Assembly: GCA_000091205.1 (NCBI GenBank)
Contig: AP006489.2
Source: Cyanidioschyzon merolae
Taxonomy: Eukaryota
Direction: 5' to 3' (one strand)
DNA: 64,000 nucleotides
Shown: piece by piece, positions 1-10,823 of the stretch
How the letters are laid out: each line of letters starts with the position of its first letter
Position numbering within the stretch: the stretch's first letter is position 1
Notes under the pieces: generated by a model
Databases searched by the model: none
Seen by the model: only the letters and a program-made list of their open reading frames with translations
Told to the model about the DNA's origin: nothing
Position numbers and translations under genes: made by a program

Positions 1-381
1 CCGCGTTGGCGCTCCGAGGTCGTGCAGAGGCGCTCGGTATAGCGAGCGGACACACCTGTGCCACTGAACTGGGCCCTGTCCGCGCGGCGTGACTTGCTCC
101 GCAGTTCTGCAGCACGAGCGCGTCTACGTCGGAGCCTCAGCCAATCGGAACGTGGTTGCAGGCGGCTCTCTCTACACGTCGTTGTCATGGACGAGCGACT
201 GCGTCTTGGTCGCTTCCGCCACAGCTTCCGCAACCGGCACCGCCAGCCTCGTTTATGTTCCAGATGCCGAGCATCAAGCCTGCATCGATAACGACTTTGA
301 GCGGAGCCCAGACAAGACATTTTTCCAGTCACGTCTTTTAATGCGGGAATTAAGCGTCATTCGTCGAGAGAAGCGTTGTCT

Positions 382-700
382 GCGGATACAGGGAGCATCA
401 GCGAATGGGACATATATGGAAATAAAGCGTCCTGGACGTCGCGCGTGCGCGTGCGTGTCCGCAAGGCGCGCTGCGTAAGATCGCCAACCGCCGCAGCCTT
501 CTCCAGGGCCAGTCCCTGCCCACGCGATGCGGATACAGGGAGCATCAGCGAATGGGACATATATGGAAATAAAGCGTCCTGGACGTCGCGCGTGCGCGTG
601 CGTGTCCGAAAGGCGCGCTGCGTAAGATCGCCAACCGCCGCAGCCTTCTCCAGGGCCAGTCCCTGCCCACGCGATGCGGATACAGGGGGTATCAGCGACC
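382..700. repeat. Tandem repeat, 147-bp unit x ~2.2 copies (unit begins gcggatacaggg...gcatcagcgaatgggacatatatggaaataaagcgtcctggacgtcgcgcgtgcg), immediately upstream of the fmt-like gene
   Basis: Unit start motif recurs at 382, 529 and 676 (period 147). The track ORFs at 376..738, 357..728 and 274..774 show internally repeated peptides, which are artefacts of the array. Confidence 0.85.
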
Positions 701-765
701 TGCCTGCCTGCCTGCCTTGGCACAGCATTGTTCAGTAGCGTGCAGCGTTCTCGGACGACCCTGAG

Positions 766-2079
766 GTGGCGCATGGTGCTTTCGAGGTCGCCCTGATGTG
801 GGTATCATACGCACTGGTAAAGCGCTCCTGGTTTGCACCAAACAGACCGGCACGTTTTATAGAGACTGTGGCACGAAGTCGCTTGCATAAAGCGTCGTTC
901 AAGTCGCGGGCTCGATGCCTGTGCAACGCTTCAAACGACGTACCGCCCCGACGGATCGTATTTCTGGGGACCCCTCCAGTGGCGGAGTTGGTGCTCGCTC
1001 GCATCGCCGAAGCTACTGGACAGGTTCCCAGAGCGACCGCGGAGCCGGTGAACTTGACCAGCGCAGCAAGTCCAGGAACGCAGCACGTTCCGTTCAGGGT
1101 TGTTGGCGTCGTGACACAGCCGCCAGCGCCCCAGCGTCGCTCGGGAGCACCGCAACCGAGTCCCACACACCGGTATGCGGTTGATGTGATGCAGGTCCCG
1201 GTATGGACGCCAACACGACTAGCACGTGACGAAAGCTTTCTTCGTCTCTGGGAAACGGAGCTGCGACCGGATCTTGCCATTACTGCTGCGTATGGACAAC
1301 TGCTTCCGGAGCGCTTCCTTCGCGTTCCACCGCTCGGTGTGCTCAATATTCATCCGTCTCTCTTGCCGCTGTATCGTGGTGCAGCGCCAGTCCAGCGAAC
1401 GCTTCTGGACGGCTTGGAGTATAGCGGTGTAAGCATTGTGCGCACGGTACTGGAGCTCGACGCCGGCCCTATTCTATGCCAGGAGCGAGTCCCGATCGAC
1501 GAGAACATTCAGGGTCCAGATTTGCTAGAGCAACTGTTTGCACTGGGTGCAGAGCTTCTCATTCAGCGAATCCTATGTCGGCGGGATGTTGCCCGTGCAT
1601 CGACCGCAGCCGAGATGGACGAGCTCCTGGGCGAGATCCGTATGCAAGACTCAAGCCAGGCCACATATGCGCCGAAACTCAGCAAATGTGAAGGTGAGCT
1701 GAGCTTCACCGAAACTGCGTATCGTGTCCACAATCGCGTACGAGCCGTCGTGGACTGGCCTGGTGCCTGGATGGAGCTGATCGTTCGGCCCGGTAGCGAG
1801 GAAGCGCCGCATGCGGGGCAACGCTTGCGTATCAAGGTGCTCCGCACGCGCATTGCTCGCCGTCAAGGCGGAGCAGCGCTCGGCATCCATCGCGTCTCTT
1901 TCGTAGAGGACGCACTTCGCGTGACTTGCGATGACGGCTCACAACTGGATATCCTTGAGGTGCAATTACCTGGAAAGCGGGTGCAGACGGCTCGGGCGTT
2001 CTGGAATGGCTTGCGCGGACGGTTCCTCGAACGGCCACGGGATCCCTATCCGCCATTATATGAGACTCCAGCCAGATGA
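766..2079 (+). CDS. fmt: Methionyl-tRNA formyltransferase (Fmt) with an N-terminal extension of ~60 aa (probable organellar presequence)
   Basis: IVFLGTPPVAELVL (N-terminal nucleotide-binding start of Fmt). LNIHPSLLPLYRGAAPVQRTLLDGLEYSGVSIV (the formyltransferase HxSLLPxxRG active-site block). The C-terminal Fmt domain is present. Single 437-aa ORF. Confidence 0.8.
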   Translation: MAHGAFEVALMWVSYALVKRSWFAPNRPARFIETVARSRLHKASFKSRARCLCNASNDVPPRRIVFLGTPPVAELVLARIAEATGQVPRATAEPVNLTSAASPGTQHVPFRVVGVVTQPPAPQRRSGAPQPSPTHRYAVDVMQVPVWTPTRLARDESFLRLWETELRPDLAITAAYGQLLPERFLRVPPLGVLNIHPSLLPLYRGAAPVQRTLLDGLEYSGVSIVRTVLELDAGPILCQERVPIDENIQGPDLLEQLFALGAELLIQRILCRRDVARASTAAEMDELLGEIRMQDSSQATYAPKLSKCEGELSFTETAYRVHNRVRAVVDWPGAWMELIVRPGSEEAPHAGQRLRIKVLRTRIARRQGGAALGIHRVSFVEDALRVTCDDGSQLDILEVQLPGKRVQTARAFWNGLRGRFLERPRDPYPPLYETPAR

Positions 2080-4617
2080 CGACGCACCAGTGGAACGGTA
2101 TCAATGCTGGTGTCTAGTTCTGTCAGTTTCCGCCTGGTGCACCTGCCGACTCCAATATCGAAAGCTCCCGGTGGACGCGGAGCGCGTTTGGATTGCCCAC
2201 CCTGTTCTCGATAACGCGGCATGTACGTGTCTACGGATTGCTTCTTCGTCTTTGCATCGTTTACGTGAATCACTGAATGCGCAAAGGCCGAACACTGCTA
2301 GCTGAAGGCGCGCATACAGGGCCCGCCCTATAGCGTCCGTGTATTGACAAGTTTCGCGATGATTCCTTATGCGCTTGGGAAGATGAACTGCCTGCCACTC
2401 GGGAGTGTATGCGCACCGTACGCGTCATCATGGACCATGCTAGGACTTGCATGTCTTCTATCTGCGACTTTGTTTATCGAGGTATCCGAGCAGAAAATCA
2501 CCAATCGATTTTTCGTGGCGTCCGCGTCTTGTATGGAGGAACGCGATACCCCGATTCTGTCTAGGTTGTAGGAGGCGGTGCAAACCAGGATCACGGACAG
2601 TGCACCGCCAGAAATGCTGGTAACAACGCTTTTCGGCCTGGCATGGGGCTGCATCGCACGCACCATGTCGCAAGCGTTGTTGTCCGGATCACGGACGTCT
2701 TCATCAGTTCTGTTTGGAGCGCGCTTTGGGACGCTGGCGAGTGATGAAACTCATCGAGGAGGCTGCATGCCCACGAATCGTCCTTGGAGGTCATTGCCGA
2801 CCCTGGGTGGAATATTCATGTCAGCAGTGACTGCCGTGGCGCTCGTTCGAAGCCACCTCGCCGAATTTTGCGTTCATGCTTGTTGTGTGAGCATGAACGA
2901 ATTCTAGGCTCTTTCGAAGTTTGCGTCATAAAACGGGATACCCGCGGAAGCGCGCATAGGCACGGATACGTTGCCGGGCAGCTGCCGCTTCCGCTACACT
3001 CGTGTTAGATTCAAATAGAAACCCGAATAACTCGTTCCGTTGCTGTCGCTCGATATTTTTCTGAGTTTCTACAACACGTGTAGACTTGATATTCGACGTG
3101 CAGCGGTATAGGCGTACGGATTCGTACGTCATTCTAGGGGGCTCGGTCGTGTACTCGGTGAGGCTTCTTCTTCGATAATTTGCAGCTGGAATGCGTTCCG
3201 TCACTGGCATCAAGATCATTCGCAATGCCTTCGACGTCATGTACGTAAAATAACCGACATCATGATCCAAGGCTTCCATGCAAGCTTCCAATCTTCTCCT
3301 TTATTCATGTGTAACATGATCCGATCGCGCATGCTTCAAGTTATCGATCTTTCCGTTTCGTGACGAGTCGTGAGCACAGAAACCCGAGCTGCTGCATTGA
3401 TGAGGAGAGGATTTTTCAAGAGATCGTTCTGTGGCGACTTGTCCGCGAGCGTATGCCTCAGCTTCAGTGAGCTTTTCATGACATATCCGGCTCCCACGGG
3501 ATAGGCTCCCAGGGGCTCCCGTCTCGCTTTTTCCAACGGAATACCGTCTTGGACTCGGACTTGAGTCATCGCAGCGCTCGCGTAGGATGGAGCATGCGTG
3601 ACCGCTTCATACCAAGGAAGCGTACACAGATCGAAATCGCTCGAGTTGTTCTCCATCCTGGATTCCCGTTCCGATACTTGTTCCATCATGGACAGCATCG
3701 CACTCCATAAATTATCTATGAATCGGAACGGCGTGCGCTGGCGTGTCACATAGAGAACGTTCTCGCCGGGGCGTTTGCCCAGAACAAACCCCTGCTCGCA
3801 ATACCCATTTCCAGTCGCTGAAACCGAGGACTACATCGACGCACGCCTTCCGTACCCGTCAAGCGCATCTACCAAGCAATGAAGCAAGCGTTCACGCGCC
3901 ATGAGGCAGGCCTCGGAAGCGTATTTGTGGCAAGCACTTGGAAGCACCAGCTCACAGCAACGTCTCATGGCTACAAAGATCGCATCGAGGCTGCTTCTAA
4001 CGAAGTTTGCAAATCGGATGCAAGACGCAGATCCCAACTTGCTCCAACGCCATGTAACGCATCGACAACAGTCGGACGTAGCGGACTCGATTCATTACCC
4101 CTCCTAGCAATACCCGTCGACTGCTGATCATACAGTTGGTGTGATCGGAGAAAACGCCAAATCAGAAGCATCGTACACAAACGAGGTCGCAGAATCCGTA
4201 ACGAAGAAAAAAGCCCAAGTACGCTGACCCTATTCGCACTAGAACTCGACCCGAACGATAAGAATACACGCCCAGTCCACAAGACCTTTCCCGTTATCTT
4301 CCGATGAGCGTATAACGCGCCGTCTTGTCTATGAACGCCCTCGAGTGGCGATCAAAACACGTTCCTGGGCTTCATGGAGCGCTCCCAACACCGAGGACTC
4401 GGCTCACATAGCGCTCGCCACAGCGCGCCTCACGTCCACTGAATCATGACAGCTCATGCCACGCACTCAGTACTCCATAGAACCTATGAAACGACCAGTA
4501 TATCCGACAAGAAGTACAAGTCATGGAACTTGGAAGTAGGGCGTGAAACAACGAACGCTTTACCATGCACTGATATCCAGCGCCTAGTCGGGCAACGCTG
4601 ACCTGTGTGTTCACATT

Positions 4618-6660
4618 TTGTCCACTGAAGAGAGAAACGTCGAATCACCATCTCGGCTGCAAAGCACGAGCGCCACCCCAGCAACCCCGCTAACGAGGAC
4701 TCCTACCATCGCCTGTTCTCCTGGCTTTTGTGCAGCGCGGCTCGTACGCCTGAGTACAATTGGGCGTAAACTGGCGACGTTCTGGGACCGAGGTTACACC
4801 AGGGTGCTTGTGATGCGTACCGGCTTTCTGCCGACGGTGACGCTCGGTCGCTGGCAGCCGCTGCCTCCAAGCCGTGCCTTTGCCTGGCGACGGTGCGTGA
4901 ATCACCGACTTGCCAAGTTTGCAAAACATTCGCTTCTTTTCGGCGGTGCAACTGCTGAGGCGTCATCGTCAATATCATCATCATGGACGCAACGTGCTGA
5001 TACCTGGGCAATGAGCGACGTTTGGCGGCGGCAGTTTCCGAACGCGACCGCCAGCCAGTGGCACATGCGCTTCGGTGAAAGCGTGACAACGTCCTCCGTG
5101 GAGCAACTGCTCGATGAACTTGTACGCAAGTACGAAACGCAGGTCGAGGCTGCACCTGGCACCCCAGCGGATACCTCTCCGACACCAGCACAGCTGATTC
5201 AAAAAGTTATCGAGTTTTTGCGCGGGCTCGGATTATCTGTGGAGGACGCTGGACGCGTCATCCATAAACGACCGCAGATCTTGCGTCTTTCCCTCAAAAG
5301 CCAGGCAGCGCCTATCATCCATTTTCTGGTTCGCGACCTAGGTTTGACGGACGCGCAGGTTCGACGCGCTGTGCGACATGCGCCCCAGATATTTGAGCAA
5401 CCGCTCGACCTGCTTCGAAGCAATGCTCGTTATCTTTCGAGACCTACGAGCCGGAGAGCCCTGGCACTGCGTATCGCAGATGACACCGTAGCCTCACATG
5501 CGACAAGTGACCCAGCGGACTCAGTGGAGCGCTCGGTAGCTAGTGCGGCGGTGTCGAGCGACCACGGGACGTTCACAACCAGCGCAAATGAGGATGATGA
5601 GGACGGGGATGCTCGCAAACCTCACCAGAACAATGACCTCGTCGCTGGTGAAAGCACTGCTTCGAACGACTCTTCGTCGTCTGCGATGGAAGCATTGAGC
5701 TTTGGTCGACGTCAGCTTGCGAGAGCGGTCGCCAAGTGCCCTGGTATTCTCTGGCGGTCGCCAGCGACGATGGCGCGTATGGTGTATTTCTTTCGATCAG
5801 AAATGGGTTGCAATGCACGCGAGACAGCGCACGTGCTTTCACTGGTACCGCAGCTGCTGCTTCGCTCTCCCGACGAGCTGTTACCGCAGGTGTCCTGGCT
5901 GCGTCGTCATCTCCGACGAAAAGCCGCAGATGGAAACGGCGCTATCGCGCCAAACCAGCGCGACTTGGCGCGGCTGGTGGTCCAGTATCCCACATCGTTA
6001 CTACTGGACCCGATGGAGACCATGCAACCGCGTTTGGACTATTTAAGAGATCACTTTGGAGTGTCTGATTTCCGTCGCTGCCTCTTGAATTCGCCCACTG
6101 TGCTGGAAGCGAGCATCGAGCGGGACTTGGCGGGATTCAAACGGGTCTTGGTGGACTCCATCGGCTTTGCTAGCGATGATCCAGCGCTCGCTACGATTGC
6201 TACCAAGGTTCCGAAATTCTTCCACACCCGACCGCAACTGATATTCGAGTTTCTCACCAGGGAGGCCGGTTTGGACCCTGCGGAGGCACGCACGTGCTTG
6301 GCGCTTGCGCCTACCCTGGTCCTGTTATCGGGGCGGCGGGGCCAGTCGGTGCCCTCTTTCGGGACCCATCTGTTTCCGTATCTGCATTTTTGTACGCAAG
6401 TGCTGGGCCGTTCGCTCGTGGACGTGCTACGCATTGCACCTGATTTCCTTACCATGGACGTGGAGCGACGTCTGATTCCGCGGTACGCCTTTGCGAAAAG
6501 CCGGCTCACGAGTCACGAATGGCAAGCTTTGAAGCTCCACGACTTGCTCTGCTCATCTACGAGTCGCTTCTGTGAACACGTGATGCATGTGCCCGTTTCC
6601 GAGTATCAACGCTATGTGCAGAGTGGCAAATGGTTGTTGTTTTATTTGCAGATCTTGTGA
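4618..6660 (+). CDS. mTERF-family (mitochondrial transcription termination factor-like) repeat protein; the true start may be internal
   Basis: Repeated mTERF-type helical motifs, e.g. LRGLGLSVEDAGRVIHKRPQILRLSLKSQAAPIIHFLVRDLGLTDAQVRRAVRHAPQIF and several later copies (…CPGILWRSPATMARMVYFFRSEMGC…, …LNSPTVLEASIERDLAGFKRVL…). The N-terminal ~180 aa are low-complexity. Confidence 0.65.
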   Translation: MSTEERNVESPSRLQSTSATPATPLTRTPTIACSPGFCAARLVRLSTIGRKLATFWDRGYTRVLVMRTGFLPTVTLGRWQPLPPSRAFAWRRCVNHRLAKFAKHSLLFGGATAEASSSISSSWTQRADTWAMSDVWRRQFPNATASQWHMRFGESVTTSSVEQLLDELVRKYETQVEAAPGTPADTSPTPAQLIQKVIEFLRGLGLSVEDAGRVIHKRPQILRLSLKSQAAPIIHFLVRDLGLTDAQVRRAVRHAPQIFEQPLDLLRSNARYLSRPTSRRALALRIADDTVASHATSDPADSVERSVASAAVSSDHGTFTTSANEDDEDGDARKPHQNNDLVAGESTASNDSSSSAMEALSFGRRQLARAVAKCPGILWRSPATMARMVYFFRSEMGCNARETAHVLSLVPQLLLRSPDELLPQVSWLRRHLRRKAADGNGAIAPNQRDLARLVVQYPTSLLLDPMETMQPRLDYLRDHFGVSDFRRCLLNSPTVLEASIERDLAGFKRVLVDSIGFASDDPALATIATKVPKFFHTRPQLIFEFLTREAGLDPAEARTCLALAPTLVLLSGRRGQSVPSFGTHLFPYLHFCTQVLGRSLVDVLRIAPDFLTMDVERRLIPRYAFAKSRLTSHEWQALKLHDLLCSSTSRFCEHVMHVPVSEYQRYVQSGKWLLFYLQIL

Positions 6661-9104
6661 GCGACCGCACTGCGACACCCGTGAGTTGTTCGATGCGACG
6701 GGCAGCGGGGCATCGCTTCCGCCGCACCTTGACCCATCAGGCGGGTGCTGCGGCTGGGCGTATCGTCGACGGCCGCACCGCAGACGCGAGCGTCTCGACG
6801 AGCTCACTAGCTGCTGCCTTCTGCATGATGATGTTGACGGTTCGCTGCTATGGACGGGAGGCGTGCTGTGCGGTTGGCAAACGCACGTCACTGGCGATCG
6901 CCAGACCCAAAAGGCGTAAGCAGAAGCGCGTTTTTGTCGCATTCATGCGGTGCGTCGACTCGCGTCCGCTGCTCCCTATCCCGGAGCAGTACATTTTGCA
7001 TTGGAAGGTCCCCGAACGAGCCTATGTTGTGAGCATCGTAAACCAAACGGATCCTGGTAGCGCCGTATCCCGATTTGAGCGAATCCCGGGGCCGGAAAGC
7101 ACCGTCACCGCTGTTGTATGCGAAAGTCGGTGATGTGTCGTGGATGGGCGCTAGACTGTGGGCCTGCGCAGGCGACCGGAAAAGCGATACGCTGCCGTCT
7201 AGATGACGGATATCGCGACTTGAGCGCACGTCCGTCACTGGGCTCCATTGGTGGAGTCGTGTCTGGGATGAACCGCCTGCGCCACTGATACCATCAAGGC
7301 GCTATCTCGGGCGGTTTTGTGCAGTCCTTCGCGTAAACTCTGGTTCACTCTCGCATGCACCGAGCTGGTGTCTTGGTGTAACCGAACTCGGCGAGCGACA
7401 TGTCAACATGTGCTTTGGAGATCGCGTGTTGCGGGCGTGGCCTCGGTTATCCTCGATCGAATACGAAACCGCTTACACCGGCTACAAGCGGCGGTGATTC
7501 ATACTCCTGGTGAGAAACGCCACGCGGGCACCGGTATCAGCAGCAGGAGGAGATGCAGACGAAACGTTTGCCGCCATGCCGTTCCCAAACCAGAAGCGAC
7601 TTGCCTGGCATTTGTTGCGACCGCCCGAGGCAGCGACCTGGTCGAGAAATTGCAACAGGCGTGAAAAGGCAACCATCGTTCACGAGCAGTGAAGTCTGGA
7701 ATACCAACGCAAGCACGTCCTTGTTGTTTTTCAGCTTGTTCTTGTCGTAGGTATTTCGTAAAGGGATTGGATTCCATGGATTTGGCAAATGTCGCGAAAA
7801 CGAAACTTGATGCTGTTGTTCCTTGGTTGCGAAAACGGCTTTATTCTTCCGAGTCGATCATAGCATGATGAGCAGATGCACGAACTGGTGCTGTCGTGGA
7901 CAGCATCGTTCACTCAAAACAGCACTTGTCAAATGCGATGGCCATAACCGTCTCCTCGTGAATTTATCCAGAGTCATACGTTCTCTCAGAATGACGATCG
8001 ATCGACGAGAGCGTTGGATGAGAAGTACGCTGCGTCCAGTTGCAACGAACGGTGATAAAAAGACCCGGACGGATAACGAACAAGAAAGCATGGGTCTTTG
8101 AAAAACCGTTGCAGGTTGAAAAGACACCAACGTGGTCGTACGAAAACGCGGACGACTATTCCAGGGGAGACAGATGCTCGACGAACGCCCTGAGAGGTTC
8201 ATCCGGAGGTACGGTGGATTCATGTCTATGGGAATTCAAGGAGGATCAAACCAGTGATTATAAAGAAGAGAAGCGCGAGCATTCCGACAACTTCAGCTCT
8301 AGCAGTGCTTGACAGGTGCAGTCGCCAACGAACTGCCAAACGCATAGGATCGTTCGACGACAAGTAGTTTTTCGAAGCAGCCTTCTTGGCTGCTTCATTC
8401 CATCTTATTCTGCCTTGCACATAGCAAAACGTCGCTTTCCATAAATCAAAAGCGTCAAATTCGTATGCAGTTCAAACTGGCAGTGCACCGAGCTTTGTAC
8501 CAATTCATTGCCCTTGATTCAGTCCAATCGAAGACATTTTTACTCTTTTCAAACGACTTTTTGTACGCTCACGAATCCATAGACGAGTCGTTTGCATCCA
8601 TGACGCCGTTCTTGGACAAGCCGTTCTCTTCCAGCGCCAGTGATCAAATGCCCTGTTACCGCTCTGCCCGTACACAGGAGCGGGGGTACGGAAAGGCGTG
8701 CTTCCGTCTGTGTGCAGATCGGCAATGGAGGACCTGACGAAAGGGTACTTGATGGATCTTGGAATCATCTATAGACAGAAAAGGTGAACGCCAGTTTCAC
8801 TGTCCATCGGGCGGGTCTGAAACTAGAGGAATAGAAAACGGATAAATAGCAGGTTAACTAGATGGATATAGAATCGTCAAGTCAACGAAAAGGCGAGGGA
8901 ACTCCCTCACGAAGAAGGGATACATCTTCGAGAAAAGACGACGAAGGTGACCAGGATCGACGAACTCTCGAAGCGCAAAGATGAGTCTGGAGTCATTGCG
9001 TTGGTCTCCCGAAGAATATACGTCAACGGGGAGAGACTTCGAAACAGCGATATGCAGGACGCCACCAGGAAACTTTCAGGATCTCACTCGAGATGTTTCG
9101 TCTC

Positions 9105-10406
9105 GAGTATCTCGAATTGAGGTACCTCGTTACGAAGACATTCGCAGGGTTTCCGCTCGTTTCGTTGCCAGCTGTTCACATGCTTCCGGAAGTTTTCGAT
9201 CAAACCCTTTATGCGACATCACAACGGATGATCGTAGAATTAACAGTGCACACATGCGCTTCCCAGAATACCTTGACACGTTACCGCACCACATCGGCGT
9301 TTAGAACATCCACCGTGCAGGTTGTCACAGAGGATCCATTAGGGCTCGGCAACAAGATGCGGGTCCATACAGCGCACTTCATGCGGCAAACGATACGGGC
9401 ATTATACCGTAACCTCGCTCGTCGATCATAGCAGGAAACGGCGGAAGGAATTCTCACTGTGTCGTTGGAGACAAATGACGAGCTGGTTATGGCGGAAGCG
9501 ATATCGCAACGAAAGCGAGAATCGCTTCAGAGCGTCCAAACGCATCATGGCGCTTGGCATACGATCGTACGGATGAACATGGCACACAAAGGAAGGTCGC
9601 AACGGAATGACTTTCTTCGTTGTACCTTGCGCTTCCACGTCATCCAGAACAGAGCGTTTCCTGTCAAGCGTATGTGAGCGTCCACACACGGCTCCTGTGC
9701 CCGGTCTTTGGCAAGCGTCCATGAGATGACGCTAGTGCCGCCAGCAATATCGGTTGCACGCGGACAAGAAGCCGGCATCCGTTGTGTTCTTAGATGAGTT
9801 GAAACTGGCACTGACCCGAAAGCCGCGATTGTTTGCGCCCCAGCCTATGACACTGCACATGCGGCAGCGTATAAAGGCTGTACTGATGCCCCTTCGGCGG
9901 GCGCATAGCGCGCTCGTAAATGATCCGACTGCCTACAGTGCCTGTCGACGCCTTTAGGACGAAATATAGGCATCACGTGCTCAGATGCACGCTGAAATAC
10001 CTAGACAGGCTGTGCCAGAAACAGCATTGTCCCCATGAAATGATGCCCCAGCAGTCGACTGAGCATCACACAGCACGCTATGCAGAGGCTGGCGGCCCGC
10101 TACAGTGTGACTCCATCTGCAACCTTGCGCGCAGGCATTACGCGTTTCGTCACAGACTTGAACGACTCGATCAGCATCCAGAACTTTCTCGTGCTTCCGC
10201 AGCGTCCAGCGCCTCTGTATCTAGCAAACATACGAGACTGCTGTATCGTACACCGTGTAGATATTGTGCTGAAACGCTGCGTACTTGCGATGAAAAGCAA
10301 TCTCATCATCCAGTCTAGGTCCAATTCGATTCCCATCTGTGCAGCACAGCATGCTTCCGTTCAGTGCAAGCAATGCCAACAAGAGCCATGTACCGCCGAA
10401 TATACA
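9105..10406. repeat. Left arm of a ~1.3-kb inverted repeat (partner at 22783..24093)
   Basis: The track ORFs 9093..9431(+), 9426..9722(-), 9545..9811(-), 9920..10318(+), 10080..10415(+) and 10315..10626(-) reappear almost residue-for-residue on the opposite strand at 23764..24144, 23473..23769, 23384..23650, 22877..23275, 22756..23115 and 22221..22880. Identity is ~98-99% and decays gradually at the outer edge. Confidence 0.9.
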
Positions 10407-10823
10407 AATCGGTAACGATTTTCCCGGGCGACCCACGATGGAACAAATATGTTCCATGGCAAGATACCGCAGGGTACATACATGCAGCAATTGCACTGCA
10501 CCGACCTACCTCGAGCGAGCAGTCGCGCTTCGACTCCGGCGACGACCAGGCACTCCATAGCAGAGCGTTAACACCAAACCCGCCGTCTCGATAAACATCG
10601 AAAGCGCGTACCGCACGTACCGTCACGCGGCTACTTCAGCTCGAACCATTGCGCCTGAGTCGAAACATTCACGCTGCCCTGCTCAGCATCCGTACAGATA
10701 CCAGACATGACGTTGTGTTCGAACGTTACAGCAGCTACGACTACGACAACTACGGAATCTCCGCTATGTGCATGTCGATTCGAGATGCACCCATCCAATC
10801 CGTATGTTTGATCTTGCAGCGAT

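Noticed and set aside
376-774. ORFs 376..738(+), 357..728(-) and 274..774(-) with internally repeated peptides
   Set aside because: They are translations of the 147-bp tandem array; the repetition is at DNA level and is not a repeat protein.
10315-10345. tRNA-like T-arm fragment (…ggtccaattcgattccc…)
   Set aside because: No complementary stems, acceptor or anticodon structure could be built. It lies inside the IR arm and recurs in the other arm as part of the repeat.
9093-10626. Multiple 70-130-aa ORFs on both strands inside the inverted-repeat arms (also 22756..24144)
   Set aside because: They overlap each other in several frames and carry no recognisable domains. Their conservation between arms is explained by the DNA-level duplication, not by selection.
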